A stretch of DNA of 64,000 nt, taken from assembly GCA_039918315.1 (NCBI GenBank), contig JBDSHT010000010.1, forward strand, positions 8,355 through 72,354. The letters are read 5' to 3'. Within the stretch, counting starts at the first letter, position 1. The number at the start of each line of letters is the position of its first letter. The translations under genes were made by a program, and so were the position numbers. The notes beneath the pieces are model-generated. The model worked only from the letters and a program-made list of their open reading frames with translations. It did no database searches and was not told where the DNA came from. Shown here in pieces: positions 8,997 through 19,362 of the stretch. This DNA is from Ginsengibacter sp. Its GTDB lineage: Bacteria > Bacteroidota > Bacteroidia > Chitinophagales > Chitinophagaceae.

Positions 8997-10583
8997 TCAC
9001 CTGGCACTACTAACTATGAAATCTACCACACGGCCAGTATCTTCGGGATCTAAAGGATAATGTCTCACTCCTTGTTTCATAATGACCATCATATTTCCCC
9101 CAAATTTTTTGTATCGTTTTTCAACTATCTTGGTGTTTTCTGCTAATGCAGGATCCTCGCTACCACAAACATTAATGAGAGAAACACCGGATTTAGCCAA
9201 TAGCTCCAAATGATCTATTGGTTGTGCTCTTGAAAAGGTGGTGTGCATAATAGGGTTCTCAGCATAAATACACGATACGTTACCCGGATTATTAATGGCC
9301 CATCCATAAACCTCCCCTGCAGCACCACCCGCTCCTTCAAGTACAGGTTTTTTAGAAAACCCATTATCAATAAAATACTGGTAAGTTGCATTCCAGTCCT
9401 TTAATTGCAGGCTATCATAACTAAACGAAACCGGCCCCGTAACAATATAAAATCCTTTTGCTAATAATGCCTGATCAATCTCCGCATTTCTATCAACAAA
9501 TCCTGCACGGTATACCCATGGTTTACCTGGTGCTTCTCCGTTTGGAGCAATGACTACCACTGCTCCCATTATCCCTTCAATATTGAACTCGTAGCGTTGA
9601 TAACAATCTGTAAACATTGGTCCGCGGCAGGCAATATAACTCCCATCACTCGGAAAATAGCGATAGGAGTTTCTAATGTCATAATAATTGGTTCTAGTAA
9701 ACTCTCTTCCCGCAAAAGCAGGAACAGCAGCAATAAATGATTTAGTATTATCTTCTATCCAGTCAGCAATAGGCTTAGGATCAGTCAGGCTATGCGGATG
9801 ATGTCCATATCCGTCTTTAATCATCAGCGATATGCGACCACCTAAATGATGGTAAAGACTCTCAATAAATAAAGTCTGATCACCCAAAAAAGGATCAAGA
9901 CTTCCACATATATGAAGCAGAGGCACATCATTCTTTGCAAGATTCCCTAATTTCATAAGTGTTTCACGATTCATTGCCGGATTGTCAACATAGAGACAAG
10001 AAACCTTATCGGGATGAGAAGTTGCCCACATATAAGCATACTCCCCTCCCCTGCTCATACCAACAAAAGAAGGCCGTTTTGATAATCCATGCTTCTCTGT
10101 AAGAAATTCATACCAGGCATCCCATTCCCTGCCAGGCTTGAGAGTACGATTGGCATTGGCGGATATATAGGCTATATAATAACCTCGCCTTAGCAGTTCA
10201 ATTTCTGTCTGAGGCCTATGATCCCAATAACACCCTCTCCATGACCAGGGATTACCAGGAGCAACTTTTTTCGGAACAATTACAATACAACGTCGTTGGC
10301 CTTTGGCGGGTTCTCTGACACCAAATTTTTCTTCTGACGGTGGTTTATACGGAGTGATAGTCAATGTCGCTGAATCCATAATGAAATCATACCGATCAAA
10401 CCCGTCATGCCACACTGTTTTGTCTCCTTCGAAAGGTAATGCTTGTAATTGCGCTGACACTTTAAGTGGTCCGGAAAGACCAAAAAATAGCCCTATTAAC
10501 ATCACCAGTATTGGTGGAGTTATTGGGCGTATTATAGAATAATCAGGAACTGTACACCTACTAAAATTTTTTTCATTATTCAT
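8997..10583 (-). CDS. Secreted protein with two tandem alpha/beta-hydrolase domains
   Basis: Domain 1 FVGMSRGG...GHHPH; domain 2 LEGAGGAAG...HYP; internal repeat GNPWSWR/GKPWVYR. Confidence 0.75.
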   Translation of the reverse strand: MNNEKNFSRCTVPDYSIIRPITPPILVMLIGLFFGLSGPLKVSAQLQALPFEGDKTVWHDGFDRYDFIMDSATLTITPYKPPSEEKFGVREPAKGQRRCIVIVPKKVAPGNPWSWRGCYWDHRPQTEIELLRRGYYIAYISANANRTLKPGREWDAWYEFLTEKHGLSKRPSFVGMSRGGEYAYMWATSHPDKVSCLYVDNPAMNRETLMKLGNLAKNDVPLLHICGSLDPFLGDQTLFIESLYHHLGGRISLMIKDGYGHHPHSLTDPKPIADWIEDNTKSFIAAVPAFAGREFTRTNYYDIRNSYRYFPSDGSYIACRGPMFTDCYQRYEFNIEGIMGAVVVIAPNGEAPGKPWVYRAGFVDRNAEIDQALLAKGFYIVTGPVSFSYDSLQLKDWNATYQYFIDNGFSKKPVLEGAGGAAGEVYGWAINNPGNVSCIYAENPIMHTTFSRAQPIDHLELLAKSGVSLINVCGSEDPALAENTKIVEKRYKKFGGNMMVIMKQGVRHYPLDPEDTGRVVDFIVSSAR

Positions 10584-10884
10584 ACATAATTTATTTTGAA
10601 TGTTATAATTTATTCAGCTCATCGGATGAAATTTTATATCATAAATAGATATGGTTCTAAACTCATTTTTTGATCGAAACTCTTTTGCATTCATAGAAAA
10701 TTTTAAACCGAGTAATCAGCTAACAAAAACTCTCTTGCACTATATTCAAAATCTGGAAAGCCTAATTTGAAATGAATTTTCGCCTTGAAATCTTTTCTCA
10801 AAAAATGGTTCACGGTTTCATTGGCTCTTGTTCACTGATTTTCTTTTGCATAATACAAAATTTCAGTAGGTTAAAATTAACCCC

Positions 10885-12273
10885 CTATTTAACCTTTATT
10901 TTAAATGACCATGCATAACTACAAGAACTAGGTCTTGACTTTTGTTCAGGATAATAAATTGTTAGTCCATTGGAATCATTCCAGCTCCATTTAAGGTCAC
11001 CAGGCACGCCCAACATTGTAATTTTCGAACCCTCAACAGGTTTTACTGATTTCAATTTAAATTCTTTACCCTGCCATTTTAAGAATATTGCATACACATG
11101 ATCTGCTTTAGTAGTAAAATAGGCATCCTCTTCCTTCTGAACCTTCCAGTACCGAGTTTTGTAGATTGCTTCCCCGTTCACTTTAAGCCATTCTCCTAAT
11201 TTCAGTAAGGGATATTGCTCATAATCAGCTATCGGGCCAGCAGCAGTGGGACCAACATTAATATCAAAATTACCGTTCTGACTTACCCCTTTAATCACTT
11301 TATCAATAAATTGTTTTGGTGATAAGCAGTCTTCCTGATTAGTATCGTGATTATAACCGAATGTTTTGGCTATGCCTTGCCAGTATGACCATTTATGCGA
11401 TAACATTCCTTCGCTCCCTTTATTATAATCATATTCGACATTATATAAATCTCCATGTGTGCCTCTGAGATCCTTTCCAAACCTATCGTTTACAAAGACT
11501 TCCTGATTGCGTTTTGCAGCCTGATTATAATAATATGCCACCACTTGTTTCATTTTCCAAAACATCTCAGGATGCTCCCATTCACCATCGAAGTAGAAAA
11601 AATCCGGATGATACAAATCAATTAATTCTTTGATTTGCGGAATCATAAAATCATCTACATAGTTGTTTACTCTTTTCAATCCAGCATAAGGGACTTCCTT
11701 CTGCGTGTAATTGGGGTTAAACCATTCATATAGTGAGTAATACAAGCCCACCTTTAGATTTTCTTTTCTGCCGGCTTTGAAAAATTGTCCAAGTAAGTCT
11801 TTTTTCGGTCCCATTTTCATTGCATTCCTATCTGTATATTTGGATGGCCAAAGGCAAAAACCATCATGATGTTTAGATGTGATAAAAATATATTCAGCAC
11901 CCATCTTTTTAGCAAATTTTGCCCAATCGAAAGGATTGAAGTTTTCTGCTTTCCACATAGGGATAAAATCGTCATAAGTAAAATTCTCCCCATAGTTCTC
12001 TTTATGATAATCCATTGTTGGATTTTCTTTTTGATTCATTGAAAAGCCATACCATTCGGCATAAGGAGAGCCATTTTCACGAGGCGCCCAGGCAGGAACG
12101 GAATATACACCCCAATGCATACTTAATCCAATTTTTGCGTCATCATACCATTTTGGCATTTTATGAGTATCAAGAGATTCCCAAGTAGGTTTGTATCGGT
12201 CTTGGGCTGTCGATTTTTTAAAAGCGAAAGTGCTACTTATTAAGCAAAGAATGAATAGTGTCTTTAATTGCAT
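10885..12273 (-). CDS. GH29 alpha-L-fucosidase
   Basis: WYDDAKIG..HWGVYSVP, YAEWY, TSKHHDGFCLW, YYSLYEW, YFDGEW. Confidence 0.92.
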   Translation of the reverse strand: MQLKTLFILCLISSTFAFKKSTAQDRYKPTWESLDTHKMPKWYDDAKIGLSMHWGVYSVPAWAPRENGSPYAEWYGFSMNQKENPTMDYHKENYGENFTYDDFIPMWKAENFNPFDWAKFAKKMGAEYIFITSKHHDGFCLWPSKYTDRNAMKMGPKKDLLGQFFKAGRKENLKVGLYYSLYEWFNPNYTQKEVPYAGLKRVNNYVDDFMIPQIKELIDLYHPDFFYFDGEWEHPEMFWKMKQVVAYYYNQAAKRNQEVFVNDRFGKDLRGTHGDLYNVEYDYNKGSEGMLSHKWSYWQGIAKTFGYNHDTNQEDCLSPKQFIDKVIKGVSQNGNFDINVGPTAAGPIADYEQYPLLKLGEWLKVNGEAIYKTRYWKVQKEEDAYFTTKADHVYAIFLKWQGKEFKLKSVKPVEGSKITMLGVPGDLKWSWNDSNGLTIYYPEQKSRPSSCSYAWSFKIKVK

Positions 12274-12469
12274 ACTAATGGATTTAATATTTAGTTAATT
12301 GAGTAATATGAAAAATAATCGCTTTAAATTTTAAAGTGTTTTTAAAAAGAAATAGTTGTTGAAAAGTCTTCCACAATATATCTATGAAAAGAATTGGAAA
12401 AAGTCTGTCAATTTGAATTCATACATAACCCGTTTATAATTTTTTCTGTTCTGTTCTTTATAATTTCAG

Positions 12470-13789
12470 TTACTTACAAAACTTAAAAACTGAGTTACCT
12501 GCATACTTATTTCCAATCTGTTCATTTATTCTAAGCAATTGATTGTATTTAGATAATCTGGAGGACCCTGCGAGGGATCCTATCTTAATTTGCTGGCTGT
12601 TTAGACCAACAGCCAAATCAGCAAGAGTAGAATCTTCCGTCTCTCCCGATCTGGCTGAGATCACTGTTTGGAAGCCTGCTTTTTTCGCCAAGTTCATAGC
12701 CTCTACTGTTTCCGTCAGTGTCCCGATTTGATTCATTTTTACTAACACCGCATTACCTGAGTTAGTGTCAATGCCTTTCCTGATTCGCTCGGGGTTAGTT
12801 GTGAAAAGATCATCCCCAATTAACTGGATTTTATTTCCAAGTCTTAAGGTAAGTTGCTTCCATCCTTCCCAGTCATCTTCTGCTAATCCATCCTCAATAG
12901 ATATTATAGGATACTTGTTCGTCCAATTTTCAAGCATCTCTATCATTTCTGAAGAATTAAGGGAAAGATTTTCAGAGTTTAAATTATAAATATTTTTTTC
13001 AGAGTTATAAAAATGTGAAGAGGCAACGTCCAATGCAATAGCCACATCTTTACCTCCCTTAAAGCCACATAAATCAAATACTTCACACAAAATTTCCAAA
13101 GCTTCATCGTTGGAAGAAAGAGTAGGACCGAAGCCTCCTTCGTCTGCTAATAGAAAAGCATTGTAGCCTTTCTTATTAAGCACCTCTTGTGTTTTCCAAT
13201 AAATTGTCGAAATCATCTCCAATGCGGCCGGATAGGATGTTGCTGATAATGGTATAACTAAAAAATCCTGCAAGTCAATATTCTTCCCTGCATGGAGTCC
13301 GCCGCTGATAATATTGACCATTGGAACTGGAATAGATATCTCATTGGAATTAGATAAATATTTCTTAGCTAAATACTTATATAATGGCATACTAGCTTCC
13401 ATGGCCGCAGCATGCGCCACAGCAAAAGAAGCGCCCAAAATCGCATTTGATCCGAGTCTGGATTTATTAGGGGTGCCGTCAAGCTCGACCAATAACCTAT
13501 CTAAATGTTCCTGAGCTTCTACACTTTTACCGATCAGCATTTTTTTAATTTCGGTATTTATGTGATGCACTGCTTTGGTCACACCTTTGCCTCTATACCT
13601 TTTGTCTCCATCTCTAAGTTCCAGAGCTTCAAACTTTCCAGTGGATACTCCAGAGGGGACTATCATTCTTCCCACTCGCCCTGATTCCAAGACCACGTCC
13701 ACTTCCACGGTAGGATTACCGCGTGAATCCAGAATTTCTCTTCCAATTACATCTTTAATTTTTGTCACATTAATAATAGATTTAAACAA
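12470..13789 (-). CDS. Enolase-family protein with altered active site
   Basis: REILDSRGNPTVEV, DEGGF, IEDGL, GDDLF, LVKMNQIG; but SARSGETED for SHRSGETED and QDF for QEF; true start may be the GTG near 13768. Confidence 0.88.
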   Translation of the reverse strand: MFKSIINVTKIKDVIGREILDSRGNPTVEVDVVLESGRVGRMIVPSGVSTGKFEALELRDGDKRYRGKGVTKAVHHINTEIKKMLIGKSVEAQEHLDRLLVELDGTPNKSRLGSNAILGASFAVAHAAAMEASMPLYKYLAKKYLSNSNEISIPVPMVNIISGGLHAGKNIDLQDFLVIPLSATSYPAALEMISTIYWKTQEVLNKKGYNAFLLADEGGFGPTLSSNDEALEILCEVFDLCGFKGGKDVAIALDVASSHFYNSEKNIYNLNSENLSLNSSEMIEMLENWTNKYPIISIEDGLAEDDWEGWKQLTLRLGNKIQLIGDDLFTTNPERIRKGIDTNSGNAVLVKMNQIGTLTETVEAMNLAKKAGFQTVISARSGETEDSTLADLAVGLNSQQIKIGSLAGSSRLSKYNQLLRINEQIGNKYAGNSVFKFCK

Positions 13790-13896
13790 CAGGAAAAATA
13801 CGATTCATAAGATCAAATGGGTGCATAGCAATTCGATTAATTTGTAAGAATTAAATACATTATTTGTAATGACCGGACATGAATAATTTTTATTTT

Positions 13897-14880
13897 TTAA
13901 AAATCAATCTGGAATGCGTTCCGAATATTTTGCAAAGTATCCGGAACCAAATTTTTATTCTCAATCCAATCGATTGCTACTTTTCTAATTACATTTTTCA
14001 TGTCTTCCTCAACGATATAACTTACCCTTGATTTGCCATCAATTCTTGCCAGAAGCATTAATCCAAGATGCGGAATGAGATTATTTAATTCGTTTTTGTA
14101 AACTGCTAGAAATGCCTTCACTAGTTTTAGAATCTGTTCCGGTTTGTTTAAATACCAGCCTTTAAGCATCAGATGACCAAGGCAATAAGCAAGATCAAAA
14201 ACCGGGTTTCCCCAATGAGCCACTTCAAAATCTATAAGTACAACACTGTTGTCTTTTTTCACAAGAATATTTTTAGGAGAGAAATCCCCATGGACCAAAC
14301 AAGTATTTTGACAAGTCACTTCATCAATTAATTTTTGTATTGAGGAAGAAAGCTCAGGGTATTTTTGCATAAGGAAGCGATGAAAAGGATCAACACGAAG
14401 CTGAATAAAATATTTCTGATCCTGAAATTTTGCTTTTTCACAATCATCAATCCTGGCACTATTTACATGGATATTAAGTAAGAATTGAGCGACATTTTCT
14501 GCAACTGTAACGCTAAAAATTCCCTTCATTAAAATATCTTTCCATGTTTGTGCCTCTTTTACATATTCCATTATATAAATATGATCTATATAGTCAACAT
14601 GCAAAATATTTGGTATGACATCTGTCGGGAGCACAACAGATAAAGCGTCCATCACTTCATGCTCCCTGTGAATACGTTCAACATCTGAAAACCAATCGTC
14701 TTCTACTTTGAGTTTGTCTAACGCCTGTTTTATAACCCACGTGTTGTTGTTGAGTACGCATAGCCACACACTGCTGGAAACTCCTCCACCCAGATTCTCC
14801 AAAACTGGTTTATCTATTTTTTTCACAAGTCCCCCTTCTATGAGATATTGTTTTACATTGTTTGTTGTGTTCAACTTCAT
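13897..14880 (-). CDS. APH/choline-kinase-fold phosphotransferase (MtnK-like)
   Basis: LGGGVSS loop, VIKQA, HGDFSPKNIL, IDFE. Confidence 0.85.
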   Translation of the reverse strand: MKLNTTNNVKQYLIEGGLVKKIDKPVLENLGGGVSSSVWLCVLNNNTWVIKQALDKLKVEDDWFSDVERIHREHEVMDALSVVLPTDVIPNILHVDYIDHIYIMEYVKEAQTWKDILMKGIFSVTVAENVAQFLLNIHVNSARIDDCEKAKFQDQKYFIQLRVDPFHRFLMQKYPELSSSIQKLIDEVTCQNTCLVHGDFSPKNILVKKDNSVVLIDFEVAHWGNPVFDLAYCLGHLMLKGWYLNKPEQILKLVKAFLAVYKNELNNLIPHLGLMLLARIDGKSRVSYIVEEDMKNVIRKVAIDWIENKNLVPDTLQNIRNAFQIDF

Positions 14881-14934
14881 TCTATATATAAGTTAAAAAG
14901 AATAAGCAGAATAGGCCAAATAATTATAGCATAA

Positions 14935-15786
14935 CTAAGGTCGAACCGGATAGCTACATTCATAAATAAAATTTGCCCACCGGTCAGGATGTGCAATTTC
15001 AAAATGATGCCCATCTAATTCCTGTTTGCCTTTAGTCATCGGATACACAGTCGCGGGTCCCCCAAGTTTCATATACCGCTGTATCAACACAAATGTATTC
15101 TCATCCGGGGGTACAATTTTGTCCTGTAAACTGATGACATGAAGTATAGGTACTTTAAATGCTGCCAATCCTTCCAGATGATCTATAGGATTATCATCAT
15201 AATCCATGGCCTGCTTTTCAGTGAAGCTAAAAACCTGTAACAATTGTTTCCAATTATTTGCATCACCTCTGCTTTTTCCTTTACCTCCGGGCCAGCTCTT
15301 GAAATCGCACACCGGCGCTTCTGCATAAATACAGCTCACTTTATCCGGATTTCTCTTAGCCCAGCTATATACATATAAGCCTCCACGGCTAACGCCTTCC
15401 AGAGCTACTTTGTGCGAAAATGAAAGTTTCTCAGTAAGATAATGATAAAATTTATCCCAAACAATCATTGCTTTGGGAGCGCCATATTCATCATTTGTGT
15501 TAATATAAGCTACATAAAATCCTTTATCCAGCAGCAGGCTGTCCATAGTAGTATGCCAATCGGGAAAATATGCCCGCCATAACCATGGATTACCTTCCAA
15601 TGGTTTGTGAGGCTTAACATAGTAAGCAGGAATGCTATCGTACAAAAATTCCACTTTCTCAAAGCCATGCCAGGAAGTTGTTTTTTGAAGAATGATATGC
15701 TGAGCATTTAAACTATTGCTAGAGCTAAAAAAAAACAAAGTGATTACGGCGCCCCTTAAAAAATATTTTTTTGTCTTCATTTTCAT
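14935..15786 (-). CDS. Secreted alpha/beta-hydrolase (esterase)
   Basis: LEGVSRGG nucleophile, DKIVP, GHH; signal peptide. Confidence 0.8.
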   Translation of the reverse strand: MKMKTKKYFLRGAVITLFFFSSSNSLNAQHIILQKTTSWHGFEKVEFLYDSIPAYYVKPHKPLEGNPWLWRAYFPDWHTTMDSLLLDKGFYVAYINTNDEYGAPKAMIVWDKFYHYLTEKLSFSHKVALEGVSRGGLYVYSWAKRNPDKVSCIYAEAPVCDFKSWPGGKGKSRGDANNWKQLLQVFSFTEKQAMDYDDNPIDHLEGLAAFKVPILHVISLQDKIVPPDENTFVLIQRYMKLGGPATVYPMTKGKQELDGHHFEIAHPDRWANFIYECSYPVRP

Positions 15787-16025
15787 TTTTTTTATTTCAA
15801 ACTGAAAGAGTAGTAGTTTAAATTTATCGACAGTTTTTTTTAATCATAAAAAATTATTAATGGAATAAGCGAGCGACTATTTACACTGAATACCTTATTA
15901 AATTTTGCTTAATCTTGAGAATCATCGATTAATTTATATTTTTTACAAAACAAAAAAATTATTTTTCTGAGTCCTTAATGCACCAACAACAAAAATGCGG
16001 CTATCCAACCAACACTATAAAATAT

Positions 16026-17111
16026 TTATTGATAGAACCAATCCACAGGCAATTTCCTAATTATAAGCGATATGCCACCTTTGTAGTTGAAGTAGGTAAT
16101 GAGAGCATCATTCCCTATCCACGTAACTGCGGGATAAGCCCATGCATCATCAGATGCATCTTCAAGGTTATGGAAGCCAATCCATGTTTCGCCTTCATCT
16201 TTGGATATAGCGGAAGTGAGAGGACTGCGATTCTTTAAACCAAAAAAAGACTTCTTTGCATCTGGATTATGGTTACATATAGCCAGCAAGTCGCCCGTTT
16301 TAGGAATGCGACTTATTGATACAGGTGCGGCCGACCCTGTAAGTTGCGTCAATACGGGATCACTCCAAGTCTCACCACCATCTTCAGAGTTGCTTTTAAA
16401 CTGTCCGCCCAGCTCTGTGCGCATAAGCATCATCACTTTACCGTCTTTAAGTTCAATACATGCATTTTCAAAACATTCACCACCGGCAGGCTTAATATGC
16501 TGACTATCACGCCAGGTTTCCCCATCATCATCTGAAATAACGCAATAGGCATATCCGCCTTCCCATGCTTCCAGTAGTATGCGGCCTGAACGAAGCCTTA
16601 TAGATCTTCCGTTCGTTAGACCTGTATATTTGCCTGAAGGGCTCAACTGCTTAGGATTGACCCATGTCTTCCCTTCATCAGATGAGCTGCGCATCATTAC
16701 CCGGCAGTCCGTTGATTCAGTGTTTTTCTGACAATAGAAAAGCGCAAGATCGCCATTAAGCAACCTCAAAAAATTGACCTCCATTACGTTACAACCTCCA
16801 TCATTTTCAACAAGGGTATATTTTTCACCCCATGATCGGCCTCCGTCGGTTGATATTTTACCAGAGAGGCGCGCAGCTCCATTATCGGCGACGTTACCCG
16901 CATAGAAATCAGTCCATCCCAGCAATAATGAGCCATCTTTTAGCTGAACAATATCTGCTTCGCTGTTGCGGGGGTTTTGTGGACCTACAGGTGCAACAAA
17001 ATATTCAAAAGTATCACTGTGGCTACCGTTTACGACATTTTTATCTTGTGAACTGGCTACTACTGGCAAGAATCCGAAGATCACTAACCCAACAACTAAT
17101 ATTTTCATCAT
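16026..17111 (-). CDS. Asp-box (BNR) sialidase-like beta-propeller
   Basis: STDGGRSW, SSDEGKTW, SDDDGETW, SEDGGETW, SKDEGETW; E..MRT, RSPL, AYP; PRNSE in place of FRIP. Confidence 0.85.
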   Translation of the reverse strand: MMKILVVGLVIFGFLPVVASSQDKNVVNGSHSDTFEYFVAPVGPQNPRNSEADIVQLKDGSLLLGWTDFYAGNVADNGAARLSGKISTDGGRSWGEKYTLVENDGGCNVMEVNFLRLLNGDLALFYCQKNTESTDCRVMMRSSSDEGKTWVNPKQLSPSGKYTGLTNGRSIRLRSGRILLEAWEGGYAYCVISDDDGETWRDSQHIKPAGGECFENACIELKDGKVMMLMRTELGGQFKSNSEDGGETWSDPVLTQLTGSAAPVSISRIPKTGDLLAICNHNPDAKKSFFGLKNRSPLTSAISKDEGETWIGFHNLEDASDDAWAYPAVTWIGNDALITYFNYKGGISLIIRKLPVDWFYQ

Positions 17112-17179
17112 GGCATATAATTGAAAAAAGTCTTAACTATCTTTTTATTGTAAGAAACTTATTTAAATTCTTTGTATTT

Positions 17180-18343
17180 CTATAACTTATATACCCAATC
17201 TAAACTTAGTTTTTTAATATCTGTTTGGGTTAGACGCCCTGTTAAAAGTAGTCCTGCACAATAACTCAATAACACATTTTTATCGGTAAAATGTATAGCA
17301 ATATAGCAATATCCTCTGTCGGCGTTGTCCTCAAGAGTTTTTATATGTCTCCAGGTTTTGCCCTCATCTTTTGAGATTGCAATATTTAATGGTGTACGGT
17401 TTTCATTTACTGTATTATTCCAAACCAATAGCAAATCTCCGGTAGAAGGTATCCTTACAATCGAGGCAGGAGAAGTCGGAGAAGTAATATTACTTCTTTT
17501 GATCTCGCTCCACGTAACACCTTTATCTTTTGAACGTGATAAATATTGTGCGCCTGCGTTGGTTCGTATAAACATTAAAATATCTCCATTTTTCAATTCT
17601 ACAACTCCTGGTTCCTGTGTTACAATACTTTTAGAATTAGGTACTTCATCGCTATATTTCCAGGTTCTGCCATCATCATCTGAGAAATAACTCCAAAGAT
17701 GACCCATGGGCGAAAATTCCATTTGGCCAGGGTTCTTGTGCATAGCAACAGGTAACAGAAGACGGCCATTACGCAGTTGGATAACACGATTATTATTCAG
17801 CACAAAATATCCCTTCTTGTCAGTTATGCATGGTAGTGGATCGCTCCATGTTTTTGCTTCGTCATCCGATATCCGGATATAAGGAATACAGTCAGTTAAT
17901 GAATTTTTCCTCGCGTAAAACAATGCTATTTCACCATTCTTTAATCGTAATAGAGAAACAGACATAACATTCATATCACCTTCCTGATCTACAATTTTCA
18001 CATCCTCCTGTGTCCAGGTTTTTCCTTTATCTGAGGAATATCTTCCGGCCAGATAGGCATTACCATCATCACTACCCGATGTGCCTGTATAATGAGAATA
18101 GACAAAAAGAATGCGGCCATCTTTCAACGTAACGAAGTCTCCCTCACTGTTCCGTGGATTATCGGGTCCCGGAAGCAACTGAAGCACTGTATTTTCCGTT
18201 TCACTAGTTCGGGTACTTTGGCAAAAAATCATACTTACAGAACTACCAAGGAGTAACAGAGAAAGGGCGGATATTTTTAGAATGCCTTTTATCTGAAAAA
18301 CATTTACCATAACTTTTTTTCTAACGTGGAATAATAGATACAT
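17180..18343 (-). CDS. Asp-box (BNR) sialidase-like beta-propeller
   Basis: Five Asp-boxes, PRNSEG, QEP...FIRT, NRTPL, YCY. Confidence 0.85.
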   Translation of the reverse strand: MYLLFHVRKKVMVNVFQIKGILKISALSLLLLGSSVSMIFCQSTRTSETENTVLQLLPGPDNPRNSEGDFVTLKDGRILFVYSHYTGTSGSDDGNAYLAGRYSSDKGKTWTQEDVKIVDQEGDMNVMSVSLLRLKNGEIALFYARKNSLTDCIPYIRISDDEAKTWSDPLPCITDKKGYFVLNNNRVIQLRNGRLLLPVAMHKNPGQMEFSPMGHLWSYFSDDDGRTWKYSDEVPNSKSIVTQEPGVVELKNGDILMFIRTNAGAQYLSRSKDKGVTWSEIKRSNITSPTSPASIVRIPSTGDLLLVWNNTVNENRTPLNIAISKDEGKTWRHIKTLEDNADRGYCYIAIHFTDKNVLLSYCAGLLLTGRLTQTDIKKLSLDWVYKL

Positions 18344-18364
18344 AATCTTATTTTTTTTATGGAA

Positions 18365-19267
18365 TTAATTTAATTCAAGTTCATTAAAAATATCAGAATC
18401 ATAAAAAGCCAGTGCCGAAAACGCTTGATTTAATTGTTCCCGAGAACGTCCACCCACAAGAACAGAAGTGATATGTGGCTGGTGTAATGCCCACACAAGT
18501 GCTAAATGTGAGGTTGAATAACCCGTAAGTGCTGAAATCTTTTGAAGTTTTTCAAGCCGTTGAAGACTCTCTTCATTAAAATAAATATCCTGATGACCTT
18601 TAATTAATGAAAAACGGGTGCCGTCTTCCACACCATTTTTATATTTACCGGTAAGAAAGCCTGCCCCAAGCGGGCTATACGTCACAATTTCAATGCCGTG
18701 ATCAACACAAATTTCCACAATCTCTTTACTAACATCACTTACCGCAAAATTATTATTGTTTTGCAAAGATTTAAAACACTCGAATCCGTTTTCAACTTGA
18801 ACTGCAAGTACTTCATTTAATTGTTTAGCATTAAAATTACTCGCTCCAAGCGTTCTTATTTTTCCTGTTTTAATAAGGTCATTAAATATCTCTAATGTAT
18901 TTGGAGTTGCAATGGAAGAATCCCATTTGTGTAGATATAGAATATCAATACAATCTATCTTTAATCGTTTTAAGCTTTGATTTACGGAATCTAAAACATG
19001 TTTGGGTTCGTAAGGGGGTTGAATTTTGGTAGCAATTCTAAGTCCCTGGGAAATTGGACGGCGATCTGATAGCCATGCACCTAAAATTGCTTCTGAAGCT
19101 CCAAGTCCGTACGATGACGAAGTATCAAAAAAAGCAATCCCTTGGTCTATTGCGAAATCCAATAATTGAAATGAAGTTGATTGATTGATTTCACGACCAA
19201 AAGTTACGCAACCTAGTCCAATCGCACTAAAGGATTTGTCTATTTGGGACATTAATACTTTTTCCAT
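18365..19267 (-). CDS. Aldo/keto reductase
   Basis: GLGCVTFG, FFDTSSSYG, IATK, YLH, GASNF, YSPLGAGFLTGKY. Confidence 0.9.
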   Translation of the reverse strand: MEKVLMSQIDKSFSAIGLGCVTFGREINQSTSFQLLDFAIDQGIAFFDTSSSYGLGASEAILGAWLSDRRPISQGLRIATKIQPPYEPKHVLDSVNQSLKRLKIDCIDILYLHKWDSSIATPNTLEIFNDLIKTGKIRTLGASNFNAKQLNEVLAVQVENGFECFKSLQNNNNFAVSDVSKEIVEICVDHGIEIVTYSPLGAGFLTGKYKNGVEDGTRFSLIKGHQDIYFNEESLQRLEKLQKISALTGYSTSHLALVWALHQPHITSVLVGGRSREQLNQAFSALAFYDSDIFNELELN

Positions 19268-19362
19268 AATGGGTCTTGCGTATTTAATTTAAAAACTCAT
19301 ACAAATCAATTTAAGATTATGAATTGGGGAATTTCAAATAGCCATTTACCCATATCAATCTC

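Noticed and set aside
12470-13789. Housekeeping glycolytic eno
   Set aside because: Conserved substrate-site residues are altered and the context is accessory, so the symbol is withheld
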